From the NCBI GenBank assembly GCA_963764655.1, contig CAVXTI010000001.1, positions 1,761,477 to 1,825,476 of the forward strand: 64,000 nucleotides of DNA, written 5' to 3'. This document shows, one piece after another, positions 58,645 to 64,000 of this stretch (positions are counted from its first letter, which is position 1; every line of letters begins with the position of its first letter). The position numbers were made by a program, and so were the translations under genes. The stretch comes from an uncultured Solirubrobacterales bacterium (GTDB lineage Bacteria; Actinomycetota; Thermoleophilia; Solirubrobacterales; Solirubrobacteraceae). The notes under the pieces are model-generated. The model was not told where the DNA came from and searched no databases. It worked only from the letters and a program-made list of their open reading frames with translations.

Positions 58645-59636
58645 GCGACGGCAGCACGCCAATCCGCATCGGCGTCGTAGGCCTTGGGTATTGGGGTCCC
58701 AACTTGGCACGCAATTTCGCGGCGATCGACGGTTGCGAGCTCACGTGGCTTTGCGACGCCTCCGAGGAGGCGCGCGACAAGCTCGCTGGAACGCTGCCAG
58801 GCGCGCGCGCGAGCGCCACGCTCGACGACCTGCTCGCCGACCCCGAGCTCGACGCTGTCGTGCTCGCCACGCCCGTCCCCACGCACGCGGAGCTGGCTGA
58901 GCGCGTGTTGCGCGCCGGCAAGCACTGCTTTGTGGAGAAGCCGCTCGCCACCACTGTCGCCGACGCCCAGCGCGCGGTCGACGCGGCCGAGCAGGCTGGG
59001 CGCATCCTGATGGTTGGCCACCTGCTCGAGTACCACCCGGCCGTCACGCGCCTGAAGCGGCTCGTCGAGGACGGCGAGCTGGGCTCGCTCTACTACATCT
59101 ACGGCAACCGCGTCAACCTCGGCCAGCTGCGAGCCGAGGAGAACGCCCTGTGGAGCCTCGGCGCGCACGACGTGTCGGTCGTGTTGCACCTGATCGACGA
59201 AGATCCGCTCGAGTGCCTGGCCCACGGTGAGTCCTACGTGCGCGGTGGCGTCCAGGACGTCGTGTTCTGCTATCTGCGCTTCCCCTCGGGCCGCGTCGCC
59301 CACCTGCATCTCTCCTGGCTCGACCCCCACAAGGAACGACGCATCACAGTGGTGGGCTCCAAGCGCATGGCCACATTTGACGACATGCGCGTCGAAGGCA
59401 AGCTAACCGTGTACGACAAGGGCTTCGACGAGGACGCCTCCTCGTGGGGCGAGTACATAACGAGGGCTGGAGAGAGCTTCTCCCCGCGGATCTCGAGCGC
59501 CGAGCCGCTGCGATTGGAGTGCGAGCACTTCGTGGAGTGCATCCGCCAAGGGCTCACCCCGCGCTCGGACGGGCGCGTGGGGCTGCGCGTGGTGCGGGTT
59601 TTGGAGGAGTTGCAGCGGTCTCTTGAAGGGCGCTAG
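58641..59636 (+). CDS. Gfo/Idh/MocA oxidoreductase (nucleotide-sugar dehydrogenase-like)
   Basis: GLGYWGPNLARNF, VEKPLA, LMVGH, AHDVS. Confidence 0.9.
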   Translation: MSDGSTPIRIGVVGLGYWGPNLARNFAAIDGCELTWLCDASEEARDKLAGTLPGARASATLDDLLADPELDAVVLATPVPTHAELAERVLRAGKHCFVEKPLATTVADAQRAVDAAEQAGRILMVGHLLEYHPAVTRLKRLVEDGELGSLYYIYGNRVNLGQLRAEENALWSLGAHDVSVVLHLIDEDPLECLAHGESYVRGGVQDVVFCYLRFPSGRVAHLHLSWLDPHKERRITVVGSKRMATFDDMRVEGKLTVYDKGFDEDASSWGEYITRAGESFSPRISSAEPLRLECEHFVECIRQGLTPRSDGRVGLRVVRVLEELQRSLEGR

Positions 59637-59659
59637 GCCGACGCCACACGCCGGAGGCG

Positions 59660-60979
59660 CTAGTACTGGATCGCTTCGACGCCGCGGCTCGACTCTTCGA
59701 GCAGCTGTGTGCTCAAGGCCGGGTGGAACTCTTCCTGGCCGCCGCCGCGTGAGTCCGAGAACACGAAGCGCAGGTAGTTGTTGACGGTGGTCGCCTCGGC
59801 TTCGGTGGCGCCGGGGTAATCGGAGTATTTCGTGAGCGCCAGTATGTAGGACAGGCCACAGAGCGGATATTCCGGCTCCGTGGTCTTCGTCGTGAGCGCA
59901 TTCCACAGCGAGAACGTGCTGGGGGGTAGGCCGGCGACGCCACTGTTGGTGTATTCCGGCAGGGGGCGGCAATATATGCGGTTTTCTCCGGGATGCAGCT
60001 GACCGTATTCGGCTTTGCTCGCCAAGCCGTTGTTCTGCAACAGAGCCATGAAGCGGTTGTGCCATTCGCCCCCTTCTTTGGCGGCGCCCCCGAACAGGCT
60101 GCCAACCAGGGCGGCGCCCATGTTCACCACCCCGATGCTGCTGGGCGTTTCAGCGACGAGCCTGTCGACTGCTTCTTCGCCGCCTTCGCTCGGACGCGTC
60201 ACGGAACCCGGCCATTGCGCGTTGGCGGAGCCTTCGGCGAGTTCGCGCCAACCCAGCGAGCCAATGACGTTCTTTTCTTTGTTGGCCAGATACAGGTACT
60301 TCTTCAGCGTCCACGCGGCCCCGCCGTTGTCAAGGCTGACGACGCGCGTTATCAGCGTATGCGGTTCGCACGCGCTCGTGTTCTTGACGATTCGGTCGCC
60401 GCCGTCGACGATTTCAGTCCAGTTTTCGATTTCGCCTTTCCAGAGCCTCTCGAACGTCGAGTTGTTGAATACGAGAAAGCCTCCATGAAGACTGCTGGTG
60501 GCAAAACAACCGGTCGGCAGGTGAACAACGATCGCGACCGCGTACTGCTGCAGGGGAATCGTCTGGAGACTCCCCCAGTGCGGTTCGCTCGAGTGGGCGA
60601 CGATTTCTTCGCGCTGTGCGGCGTTTGGCGGCTCGTCGGTGGCGATGAAGGCATTGGACGCGCTGAAATCGGCCGCGTGACCGTTGACTCCCCACGATTC
60701 GAGCGCCGCGAGGTCCCCGCCGGGTGCGTAGCTGACTTTTGGCTCCAACATCACGCCCTGCGTTCCGCTACAGGCTCGCGGACTGTGATCTTCCGGGCGA
60801 TTGAACGAAGAGGTCAGCGACGCCTGATCTTTTGCCTGAAGCGGCGTGCCCTGGCCGTCGATCGACGCGCCCGAGCACTGTTCTCCGAGCGAAGCTCCCG
60901 CCGTGCCCGGCGCCGCCAACGCCACCACCACGCCGACCGCGAGACCGACCAGCTTGACGTTACCGTTGAGTCTCATCAT
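59660..60979 (-). CDS. Secreted divergent PstS-like substrate-binding protein
   Basis: Signal peptide; [36 protein letters not shown] match PstS-like landmarks. Confidence 0.7.
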   Translation of the reverse strand: MMRLNGNVKLVGLAVGVVVALAAPGTAGASLGEQCSGASIDGQGTPLQAKDQASLTSSFNRPEDHSPRACSGTQGVMLEPKVSYAPGGDLAALESWGVNGHAADFSASNAFIATDEPPNAAQREEIVAHSSEPHWGSLQTIPLQQYAVAIVVHLPTGCFATSSLHGGFLVFNNSTFERLWKGEIENWTEIVDGGDRIVKNTSACEPHTLITRVVSLDNGGAAWTLKKYLYLANKEKNVIGSLGWRELAEGSANAQWPGSVTRPSEGGEEAVDRLVAETPSSIGVVNMGAALVGSLFGGAAKEGGEWHNRFMALLQNNGLASKAEYGQLHPGENRIYCRPLPEYTNSGVAGLPPSTFSLWNALTTKTTEPEYPLCGLSYILALTKYSDYPGATEAEATTVNNYLRFVFSDSRGGGQEEFHPALSTQLLEESSRGVEAIQY

Positions 60980-61095
60980 CTGGATGCAGCTGACCGATCC
61001 GAGTATCTTTCGCCTCCATAGTTCTTGGCTTCGACTTCGCCGCGCTCGAGCGCGTAGTCCCGAGGCTGGACCGAGGCTCGAGGACGGACCCAAAA

Positions 61096-61762
61096 TCACG
61101 GCTCGAGCACGGGCACTTGATAGGGGCTCGGGGAGGGCGCACCCATACATCGAAGCTCCAGCTCGGCGAGCACTCGCTCGACGGCTGCGCGACCGTCTCC
61201 TCGCCGGAGCGCAACACGAGCGCCGGGTGAAGCGGGCGCTCGTAGGGAGCGCCGACGCCGGTGAGACCCGCGAGCTCGCCCGCGCGTGCGCGTGCGTATA
61301 GGCCCTTCGGATCGCGGTGCTCGCACAGCGCCAGGGGAGTGTCCACGAACATCTCCATGAACACGAGCCCGGCGTCCGCGTGCAGCTCCGCCGCCGCTCT
61401 CGCGATCGCGCGCGTATGGGCTGACAAGGCTCACGAGCGCAACGGCCCCGGACTCGGCGAACAGCCTCGCCACGTGGGCGGTGCGACGCACGTTCTCGCA
61501 GCGGGCCTGCTCGTCGAACCCGAGGTCACCGTTGAGGCCGTGACGCAGGTTGTCCCCGTCGAGCAGAAAGGCGTGTCGTCCCCCGCTCACCAGTCGTTGC
61601 TCCACCGCGCCCGCGATCGTGGACTTGCCGGCCGCCGGCAGGCCGGTGAACCAGAGGGTCGCTCCGCGGCCCAGCGATTCGCGACGCACCTCGCGCTGTC
61701 AGGGGGCTGTACTGCCACACCACGTCGGGACTATGGCCGTTCTCGGGCCGATTCACAGGCAA
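61096..61762 (-). CDS. cysC: Adenylyl-sulfate kinase (frameshifted; ends uncertain)
   Basis: [40 protein letters not shown]. Confidence 0.9.
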
Positions 61763-61972
61763 GCAACGACGCTGGGCGCATGCGACTTACGCGGTCGCCC
61801 GCGAATATGAGATGGATCCAGAACCGATCGCCGCACTCCTTCGGCCGCAAAGCCACCTTGGTGGGACACGAGCGCCGCGTGGGCGACGCGCGACAGCAAC
61901 CGCGCAGACAGCAATGTGCGGACAGCAACTGCCAACGCGTAAAGAACCGGCCACTCCGGCAGTTAGTCGGAC

Positions 61973-63138
61973 ATGTCGAGAGGACGCCAGGCGCCAGCGC
62001 CGAGGTGGTTGACGCCGACGCTGGCGATGGCCGTCCTGCTCTTGACGGTTCTGCTGCTCGCGCCGCTCATATCCGACGCCGCGAGCCCGACCACCACGCC
62101 CACGACCACCACGACGACCTCGACAACTCCCACCGCTCCGACGACGCCGACTACACCTGCGCCCACGCCGAAGCCACCGCTCGCGTCCACCGGCTATGCC
62201 CCCGAAGTGACCCAGACCACCGCAACCGTCAAGGGTGGGGTCATGCCGCGCGGAGTCGAAACGAGCTCCTTCTTCCAATACGGCACCAGCGTCGCCTACG
62301 GACTGCAGACCGCCGCTACGCCGGTCGGTGCAGGAACGCAGGAAGTCAAGGTCACGCAGGGACTCACTGGGTTGACTCCCGCCACCACATACCACTACCG
62401 CCTCGCGGCCGTGAGCGGCGCGGGCACGACCTTTGGCCAGGATCGCGCCTTCACCACCAAGAAGATCCCGCTGAAGATCGCGATCGCGACCGCCCCCAAT
62501 CCGGCCCTGTTCGGCGCTCGCTTCGTCGTGCGCGGGTCGGTCTCCGGAAGCGACGCCGCCAATCAGTGGATCGTGCTGCAGGCCAACCCGTTCCCCTACG
62601 CTCGCCGGCTTCATCCAACGTGGGCGTGGCCGAGCAGAGCCGACGCCGCCGGCAACTTCACGATGCCGGTCGGCACGCTCCCCCAGAACAGCCGGCTGCG
62701 GGTCGCGGCGGTCAAATCAGCCGAACGTGACCAGTCCGGCCGTCGTCGAGCTGGTCGAGGTGCGGGTGAGCTTGCACGCCCGCCACAGCGCTCGACCGCG
62801 GCTACGTGAGGCTGTACGGCTCTGTGTCGCCCCCGGCCGAGCGGGGCACACGTCAGCTTTCAATGGATCAGGCACGGTCACCTGCCGGTGAACGTCGGTG
62901 GCACCGTGGTCCGCAAGGGCAGCGCTACGCCTCTCGCTTCAGCCGCGTGTTGGCGACTCCACCACAGGGGGCGCTATCGAGCGTTCGTGCGGGTGAGCGG
63001 TGGCAGGCTGCGTCTCGCACTACAGCCGCTCGATCCCGATCGGCTAGAACCGCTCGCTCGATCGCGATTCGACCAGAGCCTCGGGTACGCATCCGCCGCC
63101 CGTCGCCCGCCACCGTGTCAGGGCCGGCGCAAGTAGGA
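61973..63138 (+). CDS. Secreted protein with Thr/Pro linker and FN3-like domain (frameshifted; 3' end uncertain)
   Basis: Signal peptide, TTPTTTTT.., FQYGTSVAYG, GLTPATTYHYRL. Confidence 0.65.
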
Positions 63139-63171
63139 CGGACGCGGCGGCGTTGCTGATGGGACCACAAC

Positions 63172-64000
63172 ATGGCAATACAGCCGATCTTCATCTTCTC
63201 GGCCGTACGCAGCGGATCGACCCTCGTACAGCGAATCCTCGCCGCCCATGAAGGTGTGGCGACCGTCTCCGAGCCGTGGCTGCTCCTGCCACTCGCCTCC
63301 ACCCTGCGTCGCACGGGCGTGGACGGGGGATACCTGCACCCGCTCACGGTCGACGCGATCGAGGACTTCTGCGCGCAGCTGCCAGGTGGCAGCGAGGACA
63401 TATACGCGCGAGCTGCGCAACCTCGCGCTGCGGCTGTACGAGCAGGCAGCGGGCGAGGACGCGCGCTACTTCGTCGACAAGTCGCCCCCCTACTGCTTCG
63501 TGGCGGAGGAGATCATGCGCCTGTTTCCCGACGGGAAGTTCGTCTTCCTGTGGCGCAACCCACTCAGCATCGTCTCCTCGATCATCGAGACGTGGCAGCC
63601 CTGGACGCCGACCCTGTTTCGCGAGGACCTGTTCGTCGGGCGTGCCGCGACTCGTCGACACCTACCGGGCGGACCCCACGCGCGCCCATGCGGTTCGATT
63701 CGAGGATCTACTTGGCGGCGACGACAGCCATTGGGAGCGGCTGACGGCCTACCTCGGGATCGATTTCGAGCCCGACTGCGTTACGGCGCTTCTCGAAGGT
63801 CGAGCTCAACGGGCGTATGGGCGACCCGACGGGGGCAAAGCGCTATTCGACGCTCAGCTCCGAGCCCGAGCAGAAGTGGAGGACCACGCTCGCCAACCCG
63901 CTGCGCAGGGCCTGGTGCCGTCGGTACCTGAGTTTTCTCGGACCCGAGCGCCTTGCCACGATGGGCTATGACCTCGACCGGCTGCTGGGCGAACTGGACG
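63172..64000 (+). CDS. Sulfotransferase (frameshifted, runs off the window)
   Basis: PIFIFSAVRSGSTL (5'-PSB), FVDKSP, LWRNPLSIVSS (3'-PB), VRFEDL. Confidence 0.88.

Overview
GC-rich actinobacterial chromosome segment; gene content and protein families suggest Thermoleophilia/Solirubrobacterales (inference). Many essential genes carry single-base frameshifts, most likely long-read indel errors. Left end: the edge of an integrated element whose large serine recombinase ends inside the initiator tRNA-Met. Next come ppx, a candidate 6S-like structured RNA, tRNA-Leu(TAA) and an ECF sigma-anti-sigma fusion. A long minus-strand housekeeping block follows (rsmI-metG-tatD-rsmA-ispE ... tRNA-Gln-glmU-prs-rplY-pth-mfd-prsA-eno-ftsB ... 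csrA). It is interrupted between rsmI and metG by a ~8.4 kb accessory cassette: vapBC, a palindrome plus (GA)n tract, two very large secreted Cys-paired repeat proteins and a double-HTH TetR regulator. This cassette is the best candidate for an undescribed system. The right part has a candidate nucleoid-associated protein, icd-mdh, AidB-like ACAD, site-2 protease, an anchor-less type-E succinate dehydrogenase, and the start of a probable sulfated surface-polysaccharide locus (wecB, Gfo/Idh/MocA, cysC, sulfotransferase). Degenerate tandem duplications of gene starts occur at eno, tatD and sdhB. All calls come from reading motifs by eye; no searches were run.
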